Source: Malacoraja senta
Taxonomy: Eukaryota
Assembly (NCBI GenBank): GCA_038087875.1
Contig: CM075981.1
Coordinates: 2,542,001-2,606,000, forward strand
Length of the DNA: 64,000 nt
Reading direction: 5' to 3'
Below the pieces are notes generated by a model, which saw only the letters and a program-made list of their open reading frames with translations, had not been told where the DNA came from and searched no databases. The translations under genes were made by a program, and so were the position numbers. Shown here piece after piece: positions 36,847 through 48,347 of this stretch; within the stretch, counting starts at the first letter, position 1; each line of letters starts with the position of its first letter.

Positions 36847-37980
36847 AGAAGAAGGAGCGACTGCGGGCCGAAAAAGAAGAAGAAAGCTCGGAGCGGCCCG
36901 AGGGACGGTCAACCAGTCCCAATGCTCGGTCAAAGGAAAGAGAGAGAAAAAAAGTTCAAAATTAAAAAAAAGCCGATCACAGTTCAAGTCAAAGAGCAAG
37001 AAGAAAGAAGCAAGAAACGCAGGTGTGGCAGCCCGAAGAGTAAGCGCGCGGCCGCGCCTCGCCTCAAACAGCGGAGGGCCCAGAGCCTCCAGCACGTCCC
37101 ACAGCTCCCCACACTCACCCAGCAGGTCCAAATGCCCACATGACAGACACTACTGATGGGTCTTCCCTATAGAAAGCAAAGATCATAGAGCGGATCATAA
37201 AATTCTAATAACTTACGAATGTACCGACAAACCTAGTTTCCCAATGACCGTTGATGGGAGAACAGAAAGTAACACTTTCAGGACGGAATAATATCGACAG
37301 AAAATAATAATATTTCCTCACCTTTCTTTGTTATTGGGGGAACCTGAAGAATGACAGGTTGGGTCGTCTACATTGACGATTAGAGCAGTTTATCGCAGAA
37401 CAGTGAGCTGAAGATTTAGATGTGGACGCCATGACAGTAGTCGAAGGCAGCACATTAAAAGTCTGAGGTGAGTGAAGAAGGGTTTCGGCCCGAAACGTTG
37501 CCTATTTCCTGCACTCCATAGATGCTGCCCCACCCGCTGAGTTTCTCCAGCATTTTTGTCTACCTATGACGGTAGTCGAGGCAGCCCATTAAAATGGCGC
37601 AATCACCCATGACGTACTACGCTTTTTTCGCCGAGTGGCGTATCTTGCTCCGCCCTATGATCTTTGATAGAAGGAAGTCCAGAACCAGGGGCCACAGTTT
37701 AAGAATAAGGAGTAAGCCATTTAGAACGGAGACGAGGAAACACTTTTTCTCACAGAGAGTGGTGAGTCTGTGGAATTCTCTGCCTCAGAGGGCGGTGGAG
37801 GCGGGTTCTCTGGATACTTTCAAGAGAGAGCTAGATAGGGCTCTTAAAGATAGCGGAGTCAGGGGATATGGGGAGAAGGCAGGAACGTGGTACTGATTGG
37901 GGATGGTCAGCCACGATCACATTGAATGGCGGCGCTGGCTCGAAGGGCCGAATGGCCTACTCCTGCACCTATTGTCTATT

Positions 37981-38560
37981 GAAGTGAGTGAGGAAGGGCG
38001 GGGCACTAGGACCCAGCAGGGACAGACCACGTGCTGCTGTCCGCCTGGTGGCGGTTGGTTGTGGGCCTCGTGCTGCGCCTGGAGCTCCGGTGAGGTGAGT
38101 GTCGGCTCCGGCCCGTTGGTGGCTGCTGGCCGGTGGGGAGACGAGGCGAGGCGAGGCGAGGCGAGGCGAGGCGAGGTCGCTGGCGGAGGCCCGTAGATAG
38201 AGATACGCGTCGACGGCAGCAGCATGGATGGCCGGGGAGGCGGTGAGTGAGGGTCGACGACAGCGACTCTGTCCCGCCCCGCCCCGCCCCGCCCCGCCCC
38301 GCCCCGCCCGGGGAGAGTCGGCAGCCGCGGGCGGCGGTTTCGGTGTCAGAGTCGGACTCTGGGCCTGGGTTTGGCCGGGGAGGCGGTGGGTGTTGTTGCT
38401 GCTCCTGGTGGTGGCCATCTCGGCCTCGTGATGGTCGGGCGGGCGGGCGGGCGGCGCCGCGGTCCGGCGGTGGAGATCCGGGCCTGCGGGCGGGCGGGCG
38501 GGCGGGCGGTCATGGAGTGTCGGTGGAGGGACCGGTCTGGAGTGGGTGGTTGAGTGTGTG
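37981..38560. repeat. CpG-island-like segment duplicated at the window start
   Basis: Position 1 equals 38087; GC box GGGCGGGG, CACGTG, donor-like GAG|GTGAGT at about 38095. Confidence 0.75.
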
Positions 38561-39855
38561 TGTGTGTGTGTGTGGGTGAGTGAGTGAGTGAGTGTGTGTG
38601 AGTGGTTGTGGGTGACCGTGAGTGGGAGAGTGTGTCAGTGGGGGGGTGAGTGTGTGGGTGGGTGAGGATGTCAGTGGGTGGTTGAGTGTAAGTGGGTGTG
38701 TGTGGATGAGTGTGTGTGTGTGTGTGGGTGAGTGAGTGAGTGAGTGTGTGTGAGTGGTTGTGGGTGACCGTGAGTGGGAGAGTGTGTCAGTGGGTGAGTG
38801 AGTGGGGGGGTGAGTGTGTGGGTGGGTGAGGATGAGTCAGTGGGTGGTTGAGTGTAAGTGGGTGTGTGTGGATGAGTGGGTGGGCGAGCGAGTGAGTGTG
38901 TGAGTGGTTGTGGATGACCATGAGTGGGTGAGTGTGTGGGTGGGTGAGTGAGTGTGTGTGAGAATGAGTGAGTGTGAAGGCCCAGAGCTGCAGGAGAGTC
39001 AGGGCAATGTTTTGTCATATTATTAAATTAAGTATTATATTTTTTATTGTACTAGCTATACACTGGGATGTAGTGATAGGCTATAATCTTGTTTGACCTT
39101 GGGAGACGAGCTTGCCCCCCCCCCCCCCCCCCCAAAGCAAAACCTGAAATGGCGCCCCTTTTTGACAGCTCTGGCACCTGCTTGGGGCTAACTGAATCAA
39201 GGGATATGGGGAGAAAGCAGGAACGCGGCACTGATTTTAGATGATCAGGCTCTACCCACTGCACGGCTACTTTCTCTGGAGCATTTTCTGGAATGGTCAC
39301 CTGTTTCTAGCCTGTTGGTTCCCTTGCCCACCCCCACCACCATACTCTTCACCCAAAGAGGAGGTGGCACGGTGGCGCAGCGGTTGACATTCCACTTACA
39401 TGTCTTACAGCGCCATAGACCCGGGTTCCATCCTGACCTCGGGTGCTGTCTGTACAGAGTTTGCACGTTCTCCGTGTGGATTTTCTCAGGTGCTCCGGTT
39501 TCCTCCCACGTTCCAAAAATGTACAGGTTTGTCAGTTAATTGGCTTCTGTAAATTGTAAATTGTCCCTAGTGTTTAAGATAGTGCTTGTGTACGGGGTGA
39601 ATGCTGGTCGGCACAGTCTCGGTGGGCCGAAGTGCCTCTTTTCGTGCTGTTTCTCTAAAGACTAGAGGTGACTCTGCTGGGTGAAAATACTATGACCAAT
39701 GAATGTTTAGGGCGACCAGTCACATACTACTCTTGTGATTTTTACCCCACGAGTATTCCAGTGTGGAAGGGCAAGTAGGGTCAGTATGGACTTGTCGGGC
39801 TGAAGGGCTGGTTCTGAACTGTATGACCCGATGCCCAGTATAGAGTGTATAGAGT

Positions 39856-40094
39856 CTAAGACCAGCTGCAACATTTACAGGATGAATCAAAGACTAATCC
39901 TGTGGCACAGTCCTTCAGGAAGGCCTGTCCACCAGCACACACGTAGAGCTTGCTCTTGTCCTTTGGATCGGGGTAGTTACCATCCGCTTTGCCCTTACAG
40001 AAATCACTGTCTCCACCGCCACTGTCTCCACCACCACTAGGAGCATCAGTAGGTGGGACCGTCGGCTTCAATGTTGTCTTGGATGGGACGCAAG
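39856..40094 (-). pseudogene. Chitinase B exon 11 (CBM14 intact)
   Basis: FCKGKADGNYPDPKDKSKLYVCAGGQAFLKDCATGLVFDSSCKCCSWS*. Confidence 0.9.
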
Positions 40095-40649
40095 CTGCAA
40101 AGAAACACAGTTCGTTATAAGTTCATCAGTTCTCCTCAATTCATAGGAGAATTAGGCGATTTGGCCAATTGACTTTTCCACTATTCAATCATGGTTGGTC
40201 TATCACTCCCTCTCAACCCCATTCTCCTGCCTTCTCCCCATACACTCTGACACCCGAACTAATCTTGAATCTGTCAATCTCTGGCTTAGAAATACCCATT
40301 GACTTGGCCTCCACATCCGTCTTAGTTCATGTAGAAACAAGGAACCGCAGATGCAGGTCTACAAAGTGTGAATATCCCAGTCAATGGGATTATCCCACTG
40401 AACTCCCCCTCTCACCAACTCCAGAGAGGTCCTGACCTCCCATCTACCCCAGATGCTGGTCTATAAAAAGAGACACAATGTGCTGGAGTAACTCAGTTGC
40501 TTGTTCCCTATGCCCACCACGCTCTGTGTGGAAAACGTTGCTATCATACCTAGTCCTACCACTATCTGCCTCCACCACCACCCCCGGTAACGTGTTCCAG
40601 GCACCCACCACCCTCTGTGTGAAAGACTTGTCCCGCACATCTCCATTAC

Positions 40650-40788
40650 CTCCAGAGATGCCAAGGCCAGAGTGCAGAGTCTTGATGAGAGGGTAGGGTC
40701 CCTGGTGACAGAAGGCACCAGAGAAGTCATCCAGAGCCAGATCCCAGACCATAGCTCCTCCAAAGTTGTTGTTCTTCAGCCACTCAAC
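40650..40788 (-). pseudogene. Chitinase B exon 10
   Basis: VEWLKNNNFGGAMVWDLALDD...; AG/GT. Confidence 0.9.
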
Positions 40789-41049
40789 CTGGAAGACACA
40801 GTTCACATCTTTACACCAGCATCCCTCAGTCGATAATGGCTTCTACGATGCGCCGTAGAAAGCTTTTTATCGGGATTCATCACAGCACAGCATAAAGAAC
40901 TTGTTTGAGCTGCATAACGAAGCATGATCATCCCTTAAACATCCAAGCGAAGGCACAGATCTAAGGCAAACGTAACTTTATTATTTTACAAAATTGGAAT
41001 ATTAATATATGTTCATGAGTGATAGCATTAGGCCATTCTGCCCATTGAA

Positions 41050-43290
41050 ACATAGAAAATAGGTGCAGGAGGAGGCCATTCAGCCCTTCGAGCCAGCACC
41101 GCTATTCATTGTGATCATGGCTGATCGTCCCCAATCAATAACCCGTGCCTGCCTTCTCCCCATATCCCTTGATTCCACTAGCCCCTAGAGCTCTATCTAA
41201 CTCTCTCTTAAATCCATCCAATGACTTAGCCTCCACTGCCCTCTGTGGCAGGGAATGCCACAAATTCACAACTTTCTGGGTGAAAACGTTTTTTCTCACC
41301 TCAGTCTTTAATGGCTTCCCCTTTATTCTAAGACTGTGTCCCCTGGTTCTGGACTCGCCCAATATTGGGAACATTTTTCCTGCATCTAGCTTGTCCAGTC
41401 CTTTTATAATTTTATATGTTTCTATAAGATTCCCCCTCATCCTTCTAAACTCTAGTGAATACAAGCCTAGTCTTTTCAATCTTTCCTCATATGACAGTCC
41501 CGCCATCCCAGGGATCAATCTCGTGAACCTACGCTACACTGCCTCAATCACAAGGATGTCCTTCCTCAAATTAGGAGACCAAAACTGTACACAATATTCC
41601 AGATGTGGTCTTACCAGAGCAATATACAACTGCAGAAGAACCTCTTTACTCCTATACTGAAATCCTCTTGTTATGAAGGCCAACATTCCATTAGCTTTCT
41701 TTACTGCCTGCTGTACCTGTAAGCCAACTTTCAGTGACCGGTGTACAAGGACGCCCAGGTCTCGCTGCACCCCCCCCTTACCTAACCTAACCCCATTGAG
41801 ATAATAATCTGCCCCCTTGTTTTTGTCGCCAAAGTGAATAACCTCACATTTATCTATATTATACTGCATCTGCCACTGTGGAATTCTCTCCCTCAGAGGG
41901 CAGTGGAGGCAGGTTCACTGGATGCTTTCAAGAGAGAGCTAGATAAGGCTCTTAAAAATAGCGGAGTCAGGGGATATGGGGAGAAGGCAGGGACAGGGTA
42001 CTGATTGGGGATGATCAGCCATGATCACATTGAATGGCGGTGCTGGCTCGAAGGGCCAAATGGCCTACTCCTGCACCTATTGTCTATTGTCTATTGCATC
42101 TGCCCACTCACTCAACCTGTCCAGGTCACCCTGCAACCTCCTAACATCCTCTTCACAGTTCACACTGCCACCCAGCTTTGTGTCATCCGCAAACTTGCTA
42201 GTGTTGCTCCTAATTCCCTCTTCCAAATCATTGATATATATGGTAAACAGTTGCGGCCCCAACACCGAGCCTTGCGGCACTCCACTCGCCACTGCCTGCC
42301 ATTCTGAAAAGGACCCGTTCACTCCTACTCTTTGCTTCCTGTCTGCCAACCAATTTTCTATCCATGTCAACACCCTACCCCCTAGACCATGTGCTCTAAT
42401 TTTAGTCACCAGTCTCCCGTGCGGGACCTTATCAAAGGCTTTCTGAAAGTCTAGATGCACTACATCCACTGGTACCCCTTCATCCATTTTACTTGGTACA
42501 TCCTCAAAAAATTCCAATGATTAGTCAAGCATGATTTCCCTTTCATAAATCCATCATAAATCTTGGACTAATCCTTTTACTGCTATCCAAATGCCCCATT
42601 ATTACCTCTTTAATAATTGACTCCAGCATCTTTCCCACCACCGGTCAGGCAAACTGGTCTGTAATTCCCTGTTTTCTCTCTCGCCCCTTTCTTGAAAAGT
42701 GGGATAACATTAGCTATCCTCCAATTCACAGGAACTGATCCTGAATCTATTGAACATTGCAAAATGATCACCAATGCGTCCACTATTTCTAGAGCCACCT
42801 CCCTGAGGACCCTGGGATGCAGACCATCAAGCCCAGGGGATTTATCATCCTTCAGTCCCATTAGCCTACCCAATACTATTTCTTGCCTAATGAAAATTTA
42901 TTTCAGTTCCTCTACCCCCTTAGATCCTCTGTCCTCCAGTACATCTGGGACATTGTTTGTGTCTTCCTGAGTGATGACAGATCCGAAGTACCTGTTCAAC
43001 TCTTCTGCCATTTCCTTGTTACCCATAATAATTTCATCCATGTCTGCCTTCAAGGGACCCACATTTGACTTTTTTACTCTTTTTCCCTTAACATATCTAA
43101 AGAAGCTTTTACTGTCCTTCTTTATATTCCTGGCCAGCGTACTTCATATTTTCAGCCCGTATTGCCCGTTTTGTTTCCTTCTGTTGTCCTATGAAAGTTT
43201 CCCAATCCTCTGGCTTCCGGCTACTCTTTGCTGTGTTATACATCTTTAAAAAAAGTTTTATTCTATCCCTAACTTCAAGTCTACTCCGCC
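41050..43290 (-). mobile_element. CR1 LINE fragment with a nested opposite-strand CR1 3' end (41875-42095)
   Basis: RT peptides in ORFs 41135-41518, 41534-41869, 42077-42517; GCATCTGCC duplicated at 41866 and 42096; absent from copy A intron 9. Confidence 0.88.
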
Positions 43291-43533
43291 ATTCACTAAT
43301 GGCTGATCTATCTCTACCTCCTAACCCCATTCTGCTACCTTCTCCCCTGACACCCGAACACCATGAATTTATGGTGAGCTGGAAATATTTTGCAGAATGT
43401 AACGACAAAAGATTCTAAAGATTTTGAAGCATGATTCTGGAGCTCACTGTTGGAAACTCTGCAGTAGATATTGAGATAAACGAGACCACGATGGTTCACG
43501 TGGAAAGGGTAGAACTTCTATGGTCAGATGTAC

Positions 43534-43650
43534 CTTGCCTCCAAAGCTCTTGACGTTGTCATAGCCGACCCATATTTTGTCCTTGAAGGCGTACGGGGTA
43601 TCTTGTGGGGCGTTCTATTTCTGTGTGGTACCTTTCAGGAACCCGCAGAT
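43534..43650 (-). pseudogene. Chitinase B exon 9 with premature stop
   Basis: ICGFLKGTTQK*NAPQDTPYAFKDKIWVGYDNVKSFGGK. Confidence 0.9.
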
Positions 43651-44218
43651 CTGTCCAGAGACGGAGATCTTAAGGACCAATCTTGTCGAGGTGGAAACAA
43701 ATCATGAGAGGAACCGATCAGGTAGATGCAATGTGTCTCTTGCCCAGGGTCGGGGAATCGAGAACCAGAGGACATAAGGTGAGGGAGAAAGATTTAATAG
43801 GAATGGTGCTGGCTTGAAGGGCCGAATGGTCTACTCCTTCACCTATAGTCTATTGAACCTGTGGGGAAACCATTTGACGAGGGTGGTGGGTGGAGATAGT
43901 GACAAAGGCTGGAGAGGAACAGGAGACAAAATAGTGTCAGATGCTGAGAGGAGAGGAGCAGAGAGATGTAGAGAGATGTGCAAAGAGAGGAGGAAAGAGG
44001 AGAGAGACGTGAAAAGGGAGAAACATGAAAGAGGAGAGGAGAGAACGATATATAAAGAGAGAACGGAGAATGTGGGTGGGTGATGTTTCGGGTGGAGATC
44101 CTTCCTCAGGCTCCAGCACCTTGTGTCCATGTATGTTGTGTGTGGTTATTCAGTATTGGATTGGAAGATAGCATTGAGTAAAGGGCCACGCGGTTGGATT
44201 GGTCGGTAGGTACAGTAC

Positions 44219-44401
44219 CTCATAGTAGGCCAGGAAGCTGGCTTGGCGGGTGTATTTGCCGGCTGGTCCGCCGCCTCCTGCTGGGGCACCCACGGCCGTG
44301 CTGGGCGATGTCAGTCTGAAGGTACGTCCGTAGGTGGGGAAGCCCACATTCAACTTCTCCACTGGAGCCCCCTTGCTCTTCCAGTAGTTCATGGCGTATT
44401 C
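44219..44401 (-). pseudogene. Chitinase B exon 8
   Basis: EYAMNYWKSKGAPVEKLNVGFPTYGRTF...SFLAYYE. Confidence 0.9.
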
Positions 44402-45051
44402 CTGCAGGGAGACAGTTGGCATCAAAGGACTTTCGGCTCATTTTTAACTTTAGGTTTATTATTGTCACGTGTACCGAGGCACAGTGAAAAGCTTCCAAAC
44501 AGATCAGATAATACCGTACGTAAATACAATCAAATCAAACTCAGGTACAATAGGTGGAGCAAAGGGGAAGATACAGAGTACAGAATATAGTTCTCAGCAT
44601 CGTAGCGCATCAGTTCCAGAGACAAAGTCCAACGTCCGCAATGGGGTAGAGGTAAATCAGACAGTACCCTAGCTTATAGAACAACTGTTCAGAAGCCTGA
44701 TAGCAAAGGGGAAGGAGCTGTTCCTGAGTCTGGTGGTGCGTGCTTTCAAGCTTCTGTACCTGCTGCTAGACAGGACCAGGGAGAACGAGAAATGACCGGG
44801 GTGGGACAAGCTTTGATTCTGTTGGCTGCTTTTCTGCATGAAGTCTAGATGAAGTGTAGATGGAGTCAATGGTGGGGAGTGCGGTCTGTGTGATGTCTTG
44901 GGCTCAGAGCTGGTCCCAAACCTAGTTGCAACCCCACAGTCTGCTCTCCGTGGCGTATGGAACAGTTATATGGACTTGGCGAAATGGGTTTATTAATTCG
45001 GAGAGAGGAAATGAAAAAGTTGAGCAGGATTTAGTTTTCTTGAGCACTTAC

Positions 45052-45178
45052 CACATTGAAGTAGATGTTGGCATAAACCTTGTCATTAGGCAGGGGATAG
45101 AGGGGGCTGTTCTCTCCAGTAACGTGGCTCCAGGGACCATAGAAATTGTAGGACATCACGTTGAAGAAGTCAATTACC
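45052..45178 (-). pseudogene. Chitinase B exon 7 (D213N)
   Basis: VIDFFNVMSYNFYGPWSHVTGENSPLY. Confidence 0.9.
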
Positions 45179-46534
45179 CTGCAAGAGAGGAGACCGGGGT
45201 CACCCTGATACTCCACGCACCAAATTAACATCAGAACGCAGAACAGTACAACACGTGAACAGGCCCTTCTGCCCACAATGTCCGTGCAAAACATGACGGC
45301 AAGATAAACTCATCTCCTCTGTCTGCACGTGATCCATATCCCTCCATTCCCTGCATATCCACGCGCCTATCCACAAGCCTCTTAAACACCACTATCGTAT
45401 CTGCCTCCACCACCACCCCTAGTAGCTAGTAGCTTGTTCCAGGCATCCACCACCCTCTCTGTAAAAAAAACCCATGCACATCTCCTTTAAACTTGAACAT
45501 GATGCCAAATCCATCACTTATCTACCTGCACATCACCAACATCCCTCCATGCCCGGCATGATCATGGGCCTATCTAAAGGTCTTTGAAATGCCATTTACG
45601 AATCTGTAGGAGCCATTCATGCTTAGGCTAGTTACTGTTAGCATATTTCATTATATTGTCTAGATATTTCTTGCAGAATTATGTTGTACACTAGGGGGTC
45701 GGCTTTTGATACGTAGATGGGCGAGACATACATCGGATTAGGCAAGCGAAACCACAGGGAGTGGCCAGATCGACAGGAGCGGGCAGAAGTAATATTGTTT
45801 TTTACCACTTCTGATAGTAAGAACAGAAAGCTAAAATTTGTATTAGAATAAAGTGGATCTGGTATGTTCACTTCGTTGTTATTACAACAACTTCAATAAC
45901 AAATTAATTAAACTGGAAATAACGACTGGAAGATTCGTTTTTGTTATCGACTGCGTAAAGTCGGTCACTCCTCCCTGCCTGTGCAGTAATGACAATGGAA
46001 AGGGTTGAAATTGCTATTACAGTATCTGCTTCAACCACCACCCCAACCCCAGCAGGGTCTGACTGTCTACCCTATCTATGCCTCTAGTGATTTTATAAAC
46101 TTCTTTCAAGTCTCTCCTCAACCTCTGATGTTCCAGAGGAAACAATGCAAGTTTGTCCAACCTCTCCCTGTAGCTAATCCCCTCTAATCCAGGCAGCGCT
46201 CTGGTAAATCACCTCTGCACCGTCTCCAAAGACTCCACATGCTTCCTGTAATGGAGACGACCAGACCTGCATGCAATGCTCTAAATGCCTCCTGGCTAAA
46301 GACCTACAGAGCTGCAAGTTGGCTTCCTGACTCTCACACTCAATGCCCCGACCAATGAAGGCATTGAATGCATTAGGGTTGTGGATGGATCTCAATCATC
46401 GTGCTGGAAGCTCCCACCAATGAAATTGTGGAGCCATGAAAAACTAGTTCAAATACGACGTCAAACTCGCTAAACTCCCGAGATGAAAGCCCACAGGAAA
46501 AGTTGGGTTTTTTTGCGTGTGGAAGGACACTCAC

Positions 46535-46659
46535 TTGCCGAGCTGAGGAATCTCGTAGCCAGCATCGATGTAATTCTTCCCACCAGCAACGGCAGCAGAC
46601 AGTAGCAGTCGTGGCTTTCCTGCGCTTTTCCCTTCGGCCTCGAAGGCAGCCATCAGCTC
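46535..46659 (-). pseudogene. Chitinase B exon 6
   Basis: ELMAAFEAEGKSAGKPRLLLSAAVAGGKNYIDAGYEIPQLG. Confidence 0.9.
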
Positions 46660-47310
46660 CTGTGGGTCAGAGAGATCGAGGGCTCCTTTAGCAAGAGGTC
46701 AAGTCTAGTCTTAGAAGGGCTTTTTCCCCAGAGATGCTGCCTGACCCGCTGAGTTACTCCGACACTTTGTGTCAATTTCAAGTTTAGTTTAGTTTAGTCT
46801 GGTTTGGACATGCAGCGTGGAAACAGGCCCTTCGGCCCATAGAGTCCACGCTGACCAGCGATCACCCATTCATACTAGTTCTGTCCTACAGACTAGGGAC
46901 AATTTACTGAAGCCAATTAACCTACAAACCCGCACGTCTTTAGAGTGTGTGAGGAAACCAGAGCACCCAAAGTCACGGTGTGTATGTACAAACTCCGTAC
47001 AGACAGCATCCGTGGTCAGGATCGAACCCGCGTCTCTGGCGCTGTGGGGCAGCAACTCTACTGCTGTGCCACCGTGTCAACCAAGAGCGGGGAAGAAACC
47101 TTTTAATCCCCACTCAAAATGGTGCTTGGTTCAAATTTTATTAAATTCTTAAATTCCTTTGTGTAATCTGAAAATCTGTCCTTGGTGATCTTGACAATAA
47201 GGTTACATTTATTGGATAAATTTGCAAGTCATAGAGCTATGCAGCGTGGAAACAGCCACTTTGGCCCAATCTGCCCACACCGACCAATATGTCCCATCTA
47301 CACTAGTCCC

Positions 47311-47620
47311 ACAAAGTGCTGGAGTAACTCAGCCGGTCAGGCAGCATCTCTGGAGACCATGGAAAGGTGACTTTTCAGAGTGCTGGAGTAACTCAGCGGG
47401 TCAGGCAGCATCTGTGGAGATCATGGATAGTTGACGTTTCACAGAGTGCTGGAGTAACTCAGCGGGTCAGGCAGCATCTGTGGAGAACATGGATAGGTGA
47501 TGTTTCAAAGAGTGCTGGAGTAACTCAGCGGGTCAGGCAGCATCTCTGGAGAACATGGATAGGTGATGTTTCAAAGAGTGCTGGAGTAACTCAGCGGGTC
47601 AGGCAGCATCTCTGGAGATA
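47311..47620. repeat. Five tandem units of about 65 nt from a Penelope-like tail (two units at the homologous site in A, 6685-6795)
   Basis: AGTGCTGGAGTAACTCAGCGGGTCAGGCAGCATCT repeats; similar array at 56490-56730. Confidence 0.8.
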
Positions 47621-47680
47621 AAGGATAGGTTTGGCCCATTTATTTTAACGAAACCTATAGTTAGATGTACTTGACCGCAC

Positions 47681-47846
47681 CTGAGCCAGGACAGTGTAGA
47701 GATGCTTGTCAATGTGAGGACTTCCTCGTGATCCAGGATATTGCCAGTTGATGTCCAGACCATGAAAGCCGTACTTTCTCAGGAAGGGAATAACTGACTT
47801 GATAAAGATTTTCCGAGTTCCTGATGAGGCGACCATTGCGATGAGT
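47681..47846 (-). pseudogene. Chitinase B exon 5 (HxxDxNxQ, 47741-47764)
   Basis: LIAMVASSGTRKIFIKSVIPFLRKYGFHGLDINWQYPGSRGSPHIDKHLYTVLAQ. Confidence 0.92.
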
Positions 47847-48347
47847 CTGCAGGAGGGATGAATGTGGGGAGAGGAGTTAGAAATGAAATGTGCCGGAGAC
47901 ACAAGGAACTGTAGTAACGGCCGCTGTACTCAGTGACACAGTGACTCTGCTGTTGTATCCTATCATGTACAGATCACCCAAGCCTTCGTTAAACACTCGT
48001 GGTTAAAAGTTACTCCTTTTTCCTGCTATCATCCGAAGTTTCATGTGAAATTATTCTTTCTGAAAGTTATGTTTAGTTTAGTTTAGAGATACAGCGCAGA
48101 AACGGGCCCTTCAGCCCACCCAGTATGCACCGACTAGCGATCCCCACACTCTAACACTATCCTACACACAAGGGACAATTTACATTTACATTTACAATTA
48201 ACCTACAAATTTGTACGTCTTTGGAGTGTGGGAGGAAACCGAAGATCTCTGAGAAAACCCAGGTCACGGGGAGAACGTACAAACTCCGTACAGACAGCAC
48301 CCGTAGTCAGGATCAAACCTGGGTATCTGGTGCTGTGAGCGCTGTTA

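Noticed and set aside
37969-38579. Pro/Arg/Gly-rich ORFs in the CpG island
   Set aside because: Stop-poor GC-rich repeats, open in several frames on both strands, no domain signature
47311-47620. CRISPR-like repeat array
   Set aside because: Eukaryotic context, no unique spacers; units are tandem copies of a dispersed retroelement tail
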